This document shows positions 1 through 8,938 of a stretch of DNA of 64,000 nucleotides, one piece after another (within the stretch, counting starts at the first letter, position 1; the number at the start of each line of letters is the position of its first letter). The notes beneath the pieces are model-generated. The model worked only from the letters and a program-made list of their open reading frames with translations, did no database searches and was not told the DNA's origin. The translations under genes and the position numbers were made by a program. This DNA is from Escherichia coli (GTDB lineage Bacteria > Pseudomonadota > Gammaproteobacteria > Enterobacterales > Enterobacteriaceae), in assembly GCF_003019035.1 (NCBI RefSeq), contig NZ_CP027447.1. One strand, written 5' to 3'.

Positions 1-188
1 ATGGTAGTTATGCTCGGGTTTTGACTGCTCCATGTCGTTCACTGCTACTTGATCAGCAAAGCACTCCTGACAGTAAGTACCGTTTTATTCTTAAATAGAA
101 AATAACAGCTGAATTACCATGGGAGCAGAAAAAAGACAAAGGCGATATCATGCTGCGTTCTAAAATTTTAATGTAAAAGGTGATGAAC

Positions 189-290
189 ATGGCAGGGATT
201 CAGGTTATCGCAGGAAGTTTTCCTAAAGGGTGGGCAAGCATGGGGTTCGGTACCATCGTGTTTGCCACCAATCCATGGAACGATGGGTAA
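189..290 (+). other. small ORF (33 aa, MAGIQVIAGSFPKGWASMGFGTIVFATNPWNDG) with SD AAGGTG 6 nt upstream
   Basis: My own translation; good Shine-Dalgarno spacing; followed by palindrome and terminator. No recognisable family. Confidence 0.2.
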
Positions 291-410
291 TGTCTGCATT
301 TTCATAATCTGTAAGCCTTTTACAATTATTAAAAATATGGCAGGCTAGTCTGGTCTCGCGAGACTGACTGAACCTCGGTCGGCTCACAGTGCATTCCTGT
401 GGGACGATGG

Positions 411-448
411 CCAGCCCGGCTTTCGGGTGCCGGGCTGGTCGTTCTTTC
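411..448 (+). terminator. rho-independent terminator (10-bp stem CCAGCCCGGC / GCCGGGCTGG, then T-rich TCGTTCTTTC)
   Basis: Perfect inverted repeat with 8-nt loop followed by a T-rich run on the + strand. Confidence 0.55.
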
Positions 449-494
449 ATGATGCGGCAGGGATAGTGGGATTTCTGTTAATGTGGTTTAGGGA

Positions 495-710
495 TTATCC
501 GGGGTGATTGTCTGCCTTTATCTGGTCCAGGGCATAAGTGATCCCTTCAGCAAAAACAGAAGTATCGAACTGCTTTTGTATTTCCTGAAAATGAACAGTG
601 GCACGACAGATACTCAGTTCTCCGCGATGTAACCGGATAATATCTTCCAGAACATTGTTCACTGCTTCGGCACGGCGCTGATGTTCTGTTAACGTTAATC
701 GGGGATTCAT
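495..710 (-). CDS. hypothetical protein, 71 aa
   Basis: ATG preceded by strong SD (AAGGAG, 7 nt spacing) on the - strand; downstream of the NTPase gene in the same orientation. No family recognised. Confidence 0.4.
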   Translation of the reverse strand: MNPRLTLTEHQRRAEAVNNVLEDIIRLHRGELSICRATVHFQEIQKQFDTSVFAEGITYALDQIKADNHPG

Positions 711-1113
711 GATGCACTCCTTAAATGATGATTTTTATGTACTCACCGGCAAAATATTCTGCCGATTACTGAACACGCATCCGGCACCTCAGGTTTTGAT
801 TTATTCTGGTTTTTTCGATATCCCGGACCAGGTTGATCACGACCAGAAAAAGTGCCGGTATTTTATTGATACGCTGATATGGCTTCGGGATAACAGCTAT
901 ATTCGTTACTCTCAGTTGCTGGCTGTGGGAGCGGCTGATGTCGTCCTCACGGAAAAAACGCTCTGTCTGCTCAATGCCATGCCGACCTTTCTGCAGCCCC
1001 GGCCCGTACCATTTAAAGAGTTGCTTCTGGATGCAGTAAAAACCGGCGAAAATGCAGTCATCGCTGAATGCGTATCCCGGATTATGCGTTACGTGTTTAA
1101 TGAACGTAAGTGA
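709..1113 (+). CDS. hypothetical protein, 134 aa (start overlaps the divergent 71-aa ORF start; 3' end overlaps the NTPase gene 3' end)
   Basis: ORF-track ORF; weak SD-like GGGGA before ATG. Could be spurious antisense ORF. Confidence 0.25.
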   Translation: MMHSLNDDFYVLTGKIFCRLLNTHPAPQVLIYSGFFDIPDQVDHDQKKCRYFIDTLIWLRDNSYIRYSQLLAVGAADVVLTEKTLCLLNAMPTFLQPRPVPFKELLLDAVKTGENAVIAECVSRIMRYVFNERK

Positions 1114-1832
1114 GGTTTATCTGCTGTCTGCATAATCCCGATAGCCAGTGCGAGGGGAAGTAATTCCGGGGAAACTCTTTCAAACAGCGATGCCCATTCT
1201 CCTCTCGCCATCACTCTGTCCAGCCCGCCCCCCAGCTGCATTTCAGCAATCTTCCTGATTTCCCGGAACAACGCCGCTTTGATCTCTTCATGCTCAGCTT
1301 TATTTTCCGGTGTCAGAATGTATTCGTCGAAGAACCGGGGAGGCTGGTTAACGGGGATTGTGTTTACCGGGATGTGTTCCTGTTTCCCGTACTTCGGGGA
1401 CGAACAACATTCTGTTGGCTGACCGGTGAGTTTACGTAACTCCTTCATGAGCAGCTCCTGATCGTAAACTGTCATCAGTGCCGCAATGGTGGCATGCAGT
1501 GCATCGGGCAGTATCCAGGGTTGCCGGCCCGTGGGGCATATAACATCCAGTAGCTCATTCGTCCGACAGATACGCTCCTCTCCGTATGACAACAGGCCCT
1601 GTCCCGTGTATTCCTCCAGCCTGATCACTGTGCCAGCCCGTGGCTTCTGCCAGGTCGTCAGATCATCGCCACTCATACGGCGCTCATTCTCCACGTCAGC
1701 AGCATCGACAATGACGCTGTTTCCGAGTTCCTGTTTCACCACTTCCTCTATCCGCGCCAGTACGTAACTTTTACCGCTGCCCACAGGACCGGACACGGTG
1801 ACAGTGATGACCGGATTCAGTGTATGTGTCAT
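1089..1832 (-). CDS. P-loop NTPase, 247 aa, Walker A GPVGSGKS at residues 15-22 (nucleotide/polynucleotide-kinase-like N-terminus), unassigned family
   Basis: Walker A motif read directly; transcribed antisense to the phage late operon; C-terminal 130 aa without recognisable motifs. Confidence 0.6.
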   Translation of the reverse strand: MTHTLNPVITVTVSGPVGSGKSYVLARIEEVVKQELGNSVIVDAADVENERRMSGDDLTTWQKPRAGTVIRLEEYTGQGLLSYGEERICRTNELLDVICPTGRQPWILPDALHATIAALMTVYDQELLMKELRKLTGQPTECCSSPKYGKQEHIPVNTIPVNQPPRFFDEYILTPENKAEHEEIKAALFREIRKIAEMQLGGGLDRVMARGEWASLFERVSPELLPLALAIGIMQTADKPHLRSLNT

Positions 1833-1962
1833 GTTGCATTCTCCTCTGTGAATAATTCATCGTTTATCCTGCACATCCCGTATCCCCGGCTCTCTTAACG
1901 CGCTTTAAAATCCTTCGCGCCCTGTATTTGTGATGCTGTCTCCACCAGACAAGGAGACACAC
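1833..1962. promoter_or_regulatory. divergent intergenic region; 7-bp inverted repeat TGTCTCC(1937-1943)/GGAGACA(1953-1959) whose 3' arm contains the SD of the first late gene
   Basis: Inverted repeat seen directly; position corresponds to the lys late promoter of Mu-like phages. Confidence 0.3.
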
Positions 1963-2313
1963 ATGAAAAACCTGAAAAAATTCATTCCCCCTGTTAAAAA
2001 ACCTCGCCTCAGCGGCTGGCTGCTGACCTCAGTGCTGTTGCTGGGCACCATCGCTCTGGTCTCGCCACAGCAGCTGCCTGTTGTGATCTACAAGCTGGCA
2101 CTCATCACGCTGGCAGCAGTGCTGGGTTACTGGCTTGACCGTTCACTCTTCCCCAAAGCCCGTCCCGGTCAGTACCTGAAACATGAAGACAGGCTGATGG
2201 CTGAAGGGCGTTTCCCTGTGCAGACCGGCCTTCACCTTGTATTTTCTGCTGCGTTAATCCGCCGTGCACTGATTGTTGCAGCGGTCTGTCTGGCTGTGGC
2301 AACAGGACTGTGA
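1963..2313 (+). CDS. membrane protein with 2-3 predicted TM helices, putative holin (ORF-track start 1930 is GTG; ATG 1963 has SD AAGGAG)
   Basis: Hydrophobic segments in translation; directly upstream of and overlapping the endolysin gene. Confidence 0.5.
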   Translation: MKNLKKFIPPVKKPRLSGWLLTSVLLLGTIALVSPQQLPVVIYKLALITLAAVLGYWLDRSLFPKARPGQYLKHEDRLMAEGRFPVQTGLHLVFSAALIRRALIVAAVCLAVATGL

Positions 2314-3038
2314 CCATGAACTGGCCTCAAATCACCCTCATTATTCTGTTCGCCTTTGGTCTGGGCGTAACCGCCATCAGACACGGAGAACCACGTAACG
2401 ATAAATACAGCTTCTGGTGGCAGCTTGCTGGCAACCTGGTGATTGTCTGGCTGCTCTGGTGTGGCGGCTTCTTCAGTCAGGCCCGCGCAGCGCAGCCTCC
2501 GCAGGCTGCGCTGCAGTATCGCGATGATGTGATCCGTAATGCCCGGCTTGAATGGGGACTGTCTGCGCCGGTGGCCGATTTCGCTGCGCAACTGCATCAG
2601 GAAAGCGGCTGGCGACCTGATGCGGTCTCGCCGGCTGGCGCTCAGGGACTGGCGCAGTTCATGCCCGCCACTGCTGACTGGATAAGTCAGCTGATGCCGG
2701 GGCTTAACAGCCGTGAGCCGTTTAATCCGGCATGGGCCATCCGGGCGCTGGTCAGCTATGACCGCTGGCTGTGGCAGCGCGTCAGCGCCGCCAGTGACTG
2801 CGAACGTATGGCCATGACACTGTCGGGCTATAACGGTGGTCTGGGCTGGGTACAACGGGACAGGCAGCTAGCATCACAGAAAGGCCTGGACAGTACCCGC
2901 TGGTTCGGGCATGTCGCCACGGTGAATGCCGGACGCAATGCTGCCAGCTGGCGGGAGAACCGCCATTATCCGCAGCGCATCCTGCACGAACTGGCCCCCC
3001 GTTATCTGACATGGGGGGGCGGCAGCTGTGTGGACTAA
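2310..3038 (+). CDS. endolysin: lytic transglycosylase (SLT-domain) with N-terminal hydrophobic anchor, SAR-type candidate (alternative start ATG 2316)
   Basis: SLT-like catalytic region (QLHQESGW...GAQGLAQFMPATA); N-terminal hydrophobic stretches. Confidence 0.7.
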   Translation: MTMNWPQITLIILFAFGLGVTAIRHGEPRNDKYSFWWQLAGNLVIVWLLWCGGFFSQARAAQPPQAALQYRDDVIRNARLEWGLSAPVADFAAQLHQESGWRPDAVSPAGAQGLAQFMPATADWISQLMPGLNSREPFNPAWAIRALVSYDRWLWQRVSAASDCERMAMTLSGYNGGLGWVQRDRQLASQKGLDSTRWFGHVATVNAGRNAASWRENRHYPQRILHELAPRYLTWGGGSCVD

Positions 3039-3681
3039 CCTGCTAAAAAATCTGCCGTGGCGCAGTCTGCTGCTGGCTGTGCTCATAAATGCTTTTCTGA
3101 TTGGACTTTATTACCTGGGCTACAAAAGCGGGCATGAAAACGCCACGCGCGACGGCGATAAGGCGATCAGTGAGTTGCAGTCAGCATTCGACACATACAA
3201 AACGGAGCAGGCAATGCTTGAGAACGCTGCGTTGCGAGCATGGGCAAAACGGTATCAGGAGCAGGTGGCCGCCGGGCAGCGGGCTGAAGCCGGTTATCTT
3301 GAGCAGATTGCTCAACTGGAGAGCCGGAACAAACAACTACAGGGGCAAATTAACGATGTCACACAGCGCTGGATTGATGAAAAAGGTAAGAGCCATCCCA
3401 TTGAGTGCGTGTTTACTCGCGGTTTCGTGCGCCAGTACAACGCCGCACTCGGGTATGACAACGCATCCGTCGACACCGGTCATTCAGACGCAACTGCCGC
3501 CGCTGGCACCGGCACTGGCGCAGCGACCGGGCAACCTGAAACCGCTGACGCCCGGTTACGCAATTCGGGTGTCTCCCAGCGTGACGTCCTCGCCAACATC
3601 ATCGACAACGCAGGGCAATGTCGTCGCTGGCGAAACCAGATAAACGCGCTGCTGGATGAACGGGAAGGATTACAGAAATGA
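3028..3681 (+). CDS. i-spanin (Rz-like): N-terminal TM helix plus coiled-coil periplasmic domain (GTG start in ORF track)
   Basis: N-terminal TM (LLLAVLINAFLIGLYYLGY), coiled-coil region, and position directly after endolysin. Confidence 0.5.
   Translation: MWTNLLKNLPWRSLLLAVLINAFLIGLYYLGYKSGHENATRDGDKAISELQSAFDTYKTEQAMLENAALRAWAKRYQEQVAAGQRAEAGYLEQIAQLESRNKQLQGQINDVTQRWIDEKGKSHPIECVFTRGFVRQYNAALGYDNASVDTGHSDATAAAGTGTGAATGQPETADARLRNSGVSQRDVLANIIDNAGQCRRWRNQINALLDEREGLQK
3377..3643 (+). CDS. o-spanin (Rz1-like) lipoprotein, 88 aa, entirely embedded in the +1 frame of the i-spanin gene
   Basis: MKKVRAIPLSACLLAVSC signal/lipobox-like N-terminus followed by proline-rich sequence; ORF-track ORF 3101..3643 trimmed to internal ATG 3377. 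Confidence 0.45.
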   Translation: MKKVRAIPLSACLLAVSCASTTPHSGMTTHPSTPVIQTQLPPLAPALAQRPGNLKPLTPGYAIRVSPSVTSSPTSSTTQGNVVAGETR

Positions 3682-4004
3682 CACTGCAGGTTGAATTCTG
3701 GACGGTGGTGAGTTTTCTGCTCACCTTCATGGGGTTTGTTGGAGGGCTCGCCAAATGGTTGTTCAGTAAAACAGAAGAACGCCAGGCGGCACGATTCGCC
3801 TCCCTTGAACAGGCCCTGCAACAGTCCGCCTCCAACTGGGGCGAGCTGGAAAAGGAATTTATGCGATTTAAAGCGGATTTACCGCTGAATTATGTCCGTC
3901 GCGAGGATTATATCCGTGGCCAGACAGTCATCGAGGCCAAACTGGACGCACTTTACAACAAACTGGAAGTGGTACAGCAGTACCGCAATACCGGAGGTCA
4001 ATAA
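3678..4004 (+). CDS. small membrane-anchored coiled-coil protein, 108 aa (lysis-cassette accessory)
   Basis: N-terminal TM helix; SD GAAGGA before ATG; start overlaps spanin stop. Confidence 0.4.
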   Translation: MTLQVEFWTVVSFLLTFMGFVGGLAKWLFSKTEERQAARFASLEQALQQSASNWGELEKEFMRFKADLPLNYVRREDYIRGQTVIEAKLDALYNKLEVVQQYRNTGGQ

Positions 4005-4315
4005 TGGTCGATATTACCCGGGTACGCCGCGAATCCCTGCGCTGGAGTCTGCTGGTTGCCCTGAACAAAACCCGCCCTTACACCGCCAGCGAAACGTTGC
4101 TGCTGGACGTGTCCCGTGCCATCTACCCGGACACCACGCAACTGGAGCTGCGCCGGGAGCTTGATTATCTGGCAGATCGCAAAATGGTGGAGCTGGAGAA
4201 GAGACCGTCCGGTGACTGGTTTGCCGATCTGAGTCGCCTTGGTGTGGATATTGTGGAATACACCGTGGAATGCGGCCCGGGTATTGCCCGCCCGGAAAAA
4301 TACTGGAGTGAGTGA
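4004..4315 (+). CDS. hypothetical phage protein, 103 aa
   Basis: SD GGAGG before ATG; within the late operon. Confidence 0.4.
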   Translation: MVDITRVRRESLRWSLLVALNKTRPYTASETLLLDVSRAIYPDTTQLELRRELDYLADRKMVELEKRPSGDWFADLSRLGVDIVEYTVECGPGIARPEKYWSE

Positions 4316-4317
4316 TT

Positions 4318-4866
4318 ATGGGACGTCGCAGCAGCATTGATTCTCTGCCGACGGAGGTCCGCCGCTGGCTGGAGCGGGCACTGACGGAGAATAACTTCAG
4401 TGGATATGCCCGGCTGGAAGCCCTGCTGAAGGAGAAGGGATACGTCATCACCCGCTCTTCCCTGCAGCGGTTTGGCTACAAAATGGAGCGACAACTGGCC
4501 CGCATCCGCGCCGCCACCGAGGCCGCGCGTCTGATGGCGCAGGAAGCCGGTGACGAGGCGGACGATCGTTCTGCCGGGATGATGGCACTGATTCAGACCG
4601 AGATGCTGGATGTTCTGATGCGTCTGCAGGAAATCGGGGAAAGTGATGATCCTGCAAAACGCGCAAAACTGCTGGCCACTGCTTCGGAAAGTATAGCCAC
4701 ACTGGTACGGGCTTCGGTGACCCACAAGCGATTCCGGGCCGAGGTGCTGGCAAAAATTGAGGCGCGGATGAATGCTCTGGAAAAACAGGCGAAGTCCGGC
4801 GACACCCGCCTGAGTCTGGAAACCCTGAAGATGGTGCGGGAACAGATTTACGGGGTGATCTCATGA
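4318..4866 (+). CDS. DUF3486-like protein, Mu gp27 position (putative small terminase subunit); ORF-track start 4312 is GTG
   Basis: Position immediately upstream of large terminase and resemblance to Mu-type gp27 from memory. Confidence 0.55.
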   Translation: MGRRSSIDSLPTEVRRWLERALTENNFSGYARLEALLKEKGYVITRSSLQRFGYKMERQLARIRAATEAARLMAQEAGDEADDRSAGMMALIQTEMLDVLMRLQEIGESDDPAKRAKLLATASESIATLVRASVTHKRFRAEVLAKIEARMNALEKQAKSGDTRLSLETLKMVREQIYGVIS

Positions 4867-6179
4867 CAGCGGCCATTCAGCTGTATCCCTATCAGCAGTC
4901 GTGGTTTCTGGATCGTGCCCGTTTCAAGATTGGTATGTTTGCCCGTCAGACGGGCAAGACGTTCACCACCACGCTGGAACTGGTTGATGACTGTTTTGAA
5001 ACGGAGGCCTCAGGGGGACGTACACGCTGGGTGATCCTCTCGCGCGGGGAGCGTCAGGCAAAAGAAGCCATGGTGGAGGGGGTGAAAAAACACTGCAGCG
5101 CCTACCGGATGGCGGCCCGTGAGGTGGAAAGTTATTACCGTGCTGAAAGCGGCGAACGCTACACCATGCTTGAGGTGGAGTTACCCGGCGGCTCCCGTAT
5201 CACGGCCCTGCCGGCGAATCCCGACACGGCTCGTGGGTTTGCGGCTAACGTCTTTCTGGATGAGTTCGCCTTCCATGCCGACAGTCGCAAAATCTGGACC
5301 GCTCTGTTTCCGGTCATTTCCAACGGCTACAGACTGCGTGTGACATCGACACCGAACGGCAAGGGAAACAAGTTTTATGAACTGATGACCAGCAACGCCC
5401 TTGAAAATGTCTGGTCACGTCACATCGTGGATATTTACCGTGCCGTGCGTGATGGTCTGCCGCGGGATATTGCACAGATGCGACAGGCGCTCAACGATGA
5501 TGACGCCTGGGCACAGGAGTTTGAACTGAAGTGGCTGGATGAGGCATCGGCCTGGCTGACGTTTGAACTGATTGACGGCGTGGAGCACGATGCTGCCGGG
5601 CTGCCGGTGCACTATACGGGTGGCCCCTGCTTTGTGGGGGTGGATATTGCTGTTCGTAATGACCTGTTTGTCATCTGGGTGCTTGAACAGGTGGGGGATG
5701 TCTACTGGACCCGGGAAATCATCACCCGTAAACGGGCCACCTTTGCTGAGCAGGATGCTTTGCTGGATGACGTATTTTTCCGTTACCGCGTGCTGCGCTG
5801 CTGTATGGATCAGACCGGGATGGGAGAAAAGCCGGTGGAGGATGCACAGGGTCGCCATGGCAGAAGCCGTGTGGAGGGGGTGATATTTAACAGCCCGAAC
5901 AAGCTCACCCTCGCGACCCGTGGCAGGGAGATGTTTGAGGACCGCCGCCTGCGTATTCCGGCGGGAGATGTGGTCCTGCGCAGTGATCTGCATAAACTTC
6001 GCAAGGTTACCGGGCCTACCGGAACTCCCCGCTTTGTGGCCGAAAGTGATGCAGCAGGTCACGCCGACCGCACATGGGCCTGTTTTCTGGCAATAAACGC
6101 CACTGACGGACCGTCAGGGCCGGTGATGGCCCGTTCGCGTCACCGCCGTGAGGCTGGTCATATACTGGAGGGATTCTGA
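4863..6179 (+). CDS. terminase large subunit, 438 aa
   Basis: N-terminal ATPase motif (FARQTGKT) and position before the portal gene. Confidence 0.8.
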   Translation: MTAAIQLYPYQQSWFLDRARFKIGMFARQTGKTFTTTLELVDDCFETEASGGRTRWVILSRGERQAKEAMVEGVKKHCSAYRMAAREVESYYRAESGERYTMLEVELPGGSRITALPANPDTARGFAANVFLDEFAFHADSRKIWTALFPVISNGYRLRVTSTPNGKGNKFYELMTSNALENVWSRHIVDIYRAVRDGLPRDIAQMRQALNDDDAWAQEFELKWLDEASAWLTFELIDGVEHDAAGLPVHYTGGPCFVGVDIAVRNDLFVIWVLEQVGDVYWTREIITRKRATFAEQDALLDDVFFRYRVLRCCMDQTGMGEKPVEDAQGRHGRSRVEGVIFNSPNKLTLATRGREMFEDRRLRIPAGDVVLRSDLHKLRKVTGPTGTPRFVAESDAAGHADRTWACFLAINATDGPSGPVMARSRHRREAGHILEGF

Positions 6180-7675
6180 TGGCGAGGGGTATCTGGGTTT
6201 CACCCGATGAATTTGTTGCTTTTTCTGAGCCTCAGAAATCACTGACCGCGCAGATTGCCTCCCGCAGCCGCGCGATCGACTTTTACGGACTGGGCATGTA
6301 TCTGCCCAATCCTGATCCCATTCTCAAGGCTCAGGGACGGGATATCCGTATCTACCGCGAACTGCGCACCGACCCGCTGGTCGGGGGCTGTATCCGCAGA
6401 CGTAAAGCAGCGCTCAAATCGCTGGAGCGTGGACTGGAGCGCGGTCACGCTTCTGCCCGGGTCTTCCGTTTCATCCGCGACATGCTCGACGATCTGGATC
6501 TGTCCCGCATCATCGGTGAGATGAGCGATGCCGTGCTCTACGGGTATCAGCCCTGTGAAATCATGTGGGGCCGTTCGGTCAGGGCGTGGGCGGTGACGGA
6601 TATTGTCGGCAAACCGCCTGAGTGGTTTCAGTTTGATACGGACAACTGCCTGCGCTTCCGGGCGCGTGATGCGGGTGTGGAGGGTGAGCTGCTGTCACCG
6701 TCAAAATTCGTGGTGCCGGCACAGGATGCCTCGTATGACAATCCTTACGGTTTCCCTGACCTGTCCATGTGCTTCTGGCCGGTCGCCTTCAAGAAAGGCG
6801 GGATGAAATTCTGGCTCCGCTTTGCCGAAAAGTTTGGCTCCCCATGGGTGATCGGTAAGCACCCGAGGGGTGCAAATGATGCAGAGATTGAAAAACTGCT
6901 GGACTCCATGGAGCAGATGGTGGAGGACGCGGTGGCCGCCATCCCTGATGACAGCAGCATCGAACTCAAAGCAGCGGATGGCAAGGCGGACAGCAGCGAG
7001 GTATTCCGCGAGCTGATCACACTGTCACGCAGTGAGATCTCCATTGCATTACTCGGTCAGAATCAGACCACGGAAGCGAACAGTAACAAGGCCTCTGCAC
7101 AGGCCGGGCTGGAGGTGACGGCTGATATCCGCGATGCGGATGCGGACATCATTCAGGCGGCAGTGAATCAGGTCATAAGAACGGTGGTCACCCTGAACTT
7201 CGGCGATGTGCCGTGTCCGGTCTGGGCCATGTGGGAACAGGAGGCCATTGATGACACCCGTGCCACCCGCGACGAAAAACTCACCCGGGCGGGTCTGCGT
7301 CTGACCCCGCAATACTTCAAGCGTGAGTACCAGCTGCAGGACGGCGATATTGACGAGACACCACCGTCAGAACGCGAGAAGAACATGCTGCCGCTGTCAT
7401 TTGCCGAGGCGATTGATGCCGATATTCAGGCTCAACAGCAGCTTGACGACGCGCTGGACATTCTGATGAACGGAGGTGTGTTAAATGGCACGCTGGAACC
7501 CGTCCTGGCACCTCTGTTTAAGCGGGTCGAAAACGGGGTTAACCCGTCTGAGCTGCTGGGCGAACTGGCGGAGCTCTACCCTCAGATGAACACGGACGAT
7601 CTGCAGGAACGGCTGGCCCGCATTCTCTTTGTGGCAAATATCCGGGGGCGTCTGCATGAGCGTGACAACGGCTGA
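6179..7675 (+). CDS. portal protein (Mu gp29-like, DUF935 family), 498 aa
   Basis: Size, order and family resemblance. Confidence 0.75.
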   Translation: MARGIWVSPDEFVAFSEPQKSLTAQIASRSRAIDFYGLGMYLPNPDPILKAQGRDIRIYRELRTDPLVGGCIRRRKAALKSLERGLERGHASARVFRFIRDMLDDLDLSRIIGEMSDAVLYGYQPCEIMWGRSVRAWAVTDIVGKPPEWFQFDTDNCLRFRARDAGVEGELLSPSKFVVPAQDASYDNPYGFPDLSMCFWPVAFKKGGMKFWLRFAEKFGSPWVIGKHPRGANDAEIEKLLDSMEQMVEDAVAAIPDDSSIELKAADGKADSSEVFRELITLSRSEISIALLGQNQTTEANSNKASAQAGLEVTADIRDADADIIQAAVNQVIRTVVTLNFGDVPCPVWAMWEQEAIDDTRATRDEKLTRAGLRLTPQYFKREYQLQDGDIDETPPSEREKNMLPLSFAEAIDADIQAQQQLDDALDILMNGGVLNGTLEPVLAPLFKRVENGVNPSELLGELAELYPQMNTDDLQERLARILFVANIRGRLHERDNG

Positions 7676-8477
7676 ACTGGCGTACTGCATGACGCTTCCC
7701 CCGAAGCGGGCAGTCAGTTACCTGAAGTCCAAAGGGTATCAGATTACCTGGGACTGGGAAGAAATGTGGCAGGAAGCCCATGCCCGCGCCTTTACCGTCG
7801 CTAAAGTGACCCGCCTGGATATTCTGGAAGATATTCGCGGGGCACTGCAGCAGGCTGTCGATGAAGGAAAAACCGATCGCTGGTTCCGGCAGGAGCTGGA
7901 GCCGGTGCTGAAGCGTAAGGGATGGTGGGGACCACGTGACACGACTGACCCGGTAACGGGTGAGCCGGTCACCATTCAGCAGGGCAGCCCGTGGCGGCTC
8001 GACACCATCTTTCGCACCAATATGTCCGTACTCTACAGCGCCGGTCGTTGGGCGGAGCAGATGGAAAACGTCGACGACAGGCCGTACTGGATGTATACCG
8101 GCATCAACGACAGCCATACCCGCAGGAGCCATCTGGCGCTGCATGGTCTGGTGCTGCGCTGGGATGACCCGTTCTGGCAGGCATTTTACCCGCCGAACGG
8201 CTGGCGCTGCCGCTGTAGTGTGATTGCCCTGAGTGCGGCGGATGTACGTGCCCGGGGCCTGAAGGTTATCAGCTCCGGCTCTGCCATGGGCCAGGAACTG
8301 AAACTGGTCTCAGAGAAAACCGGCGAAATGCGGAACGTGGCCACCTTTAATACCGGCACCACGAAGGTGACCACCGACGTCGGCTGGTCTTATGCACCGG
8401 GGGCAGCATACCGTCCCGACCTGGCCCGCTATCAGGGTACGCTTCAGCCACTGGCACAACAGGAACTGAGAGGATAA
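7656..8477 (+). CDS. head morphogenesis protein (Mu F-like); ORF-track start 7629 is TTG, ATG 7656 preferred
   Basis: Mu F-like sequence and position after portal. Confidence 0.65.
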   Translation: MSVTTAELAYCMTLPPKRAVSYLKSKGYQITWDWEEMWQEAHARAFTVAKVTRLDILEDIRGALQQAVDEGKTDRWFRQELEPVLKRKGWWGPRDTTDPVTGEPVTIQQGSPWRLDTIFRTNMSVLYSAGRWAEQMENVDDRPYWMYTGINDSHTRRSHLALHGLVLRWDDPFWQAFYPPNGWRCRCSVIALSAADVRARGLKVISSGSAMGQELKLVSEKTGEMRNVATFNTGTTKVTTDVGWSYAPGAAYRPDLARYQGTLQPLAQQELRG

Positions 8478-8479
8478 CA

Positions 8480-8938
8480 ATGGCTTCCGATAACCTGGTC
8501 AGTATCACCATTAACGATAAATCCCTGCGCCGGAGCCTCCGTGCGCTGGATCTTGCTGCCACAGACCTGGAGCCCGCGATGCGCAAAATCGCCGGAACCC
8601 TGCTGGCGGAAACACAGTTTAACTTTCTTGATGAGGGGCGTCCGGGGTGGATGCCCTCGCTGGCAGCGGAAGAACGTGACGGGCAGACACTGCAGGATAC
8701 CGGGCGTCTGATGGGGTCAGTATCAACCGACCATGACGCCCGGCAGGCTGTTGTGGGGACCAACGTTGTTTACGGTGCCATTCACCAGTTCGGGGGTAAA
8801 ACGGGGCGTAATGAGTCTGTTGAACTTCCGGCCCGCCCGTTCCTGCCGGTGACGGGGGATGGAGAACTACAGCCTGAAGTGGTAATCCCCATCCTCGATA
8901 CCATTGTCCGCCATCTTGAATCAGCGGCCCGTCGCTGA
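8480..8938 (+). CDS. virion morphogenesis protein (Mu G-like), 152 aa
   Basis: Family resemblance; SD GAGAGGA. Confidence 0.6.
   Translation: MASDNLVSITINDKSLRRSLRALDLAATDLEPAMRKIAGTLLAETQFNFLDEGRPGWMPSLAAEERDGQTLQDTGRLMGSVSTDHDARQAVVGTNVVYGAIHQFGGKTGRNESVELPARPFLPVTGDGELQPEVVIPILDTIVRHLESAARR

Noticed and set aside
223-450. 75-aa - strand ORF
   Set aside because: Spans the palindrome and the terminator hairpin and has no SD; more likely non-coding.
3101-3376. N-terminal 92 codons of the ORF-track ORF 3101..3643
   Set aside because: No start signal or sensible protein features; only the internal ATG 3377 lipoprotein segment is credible.
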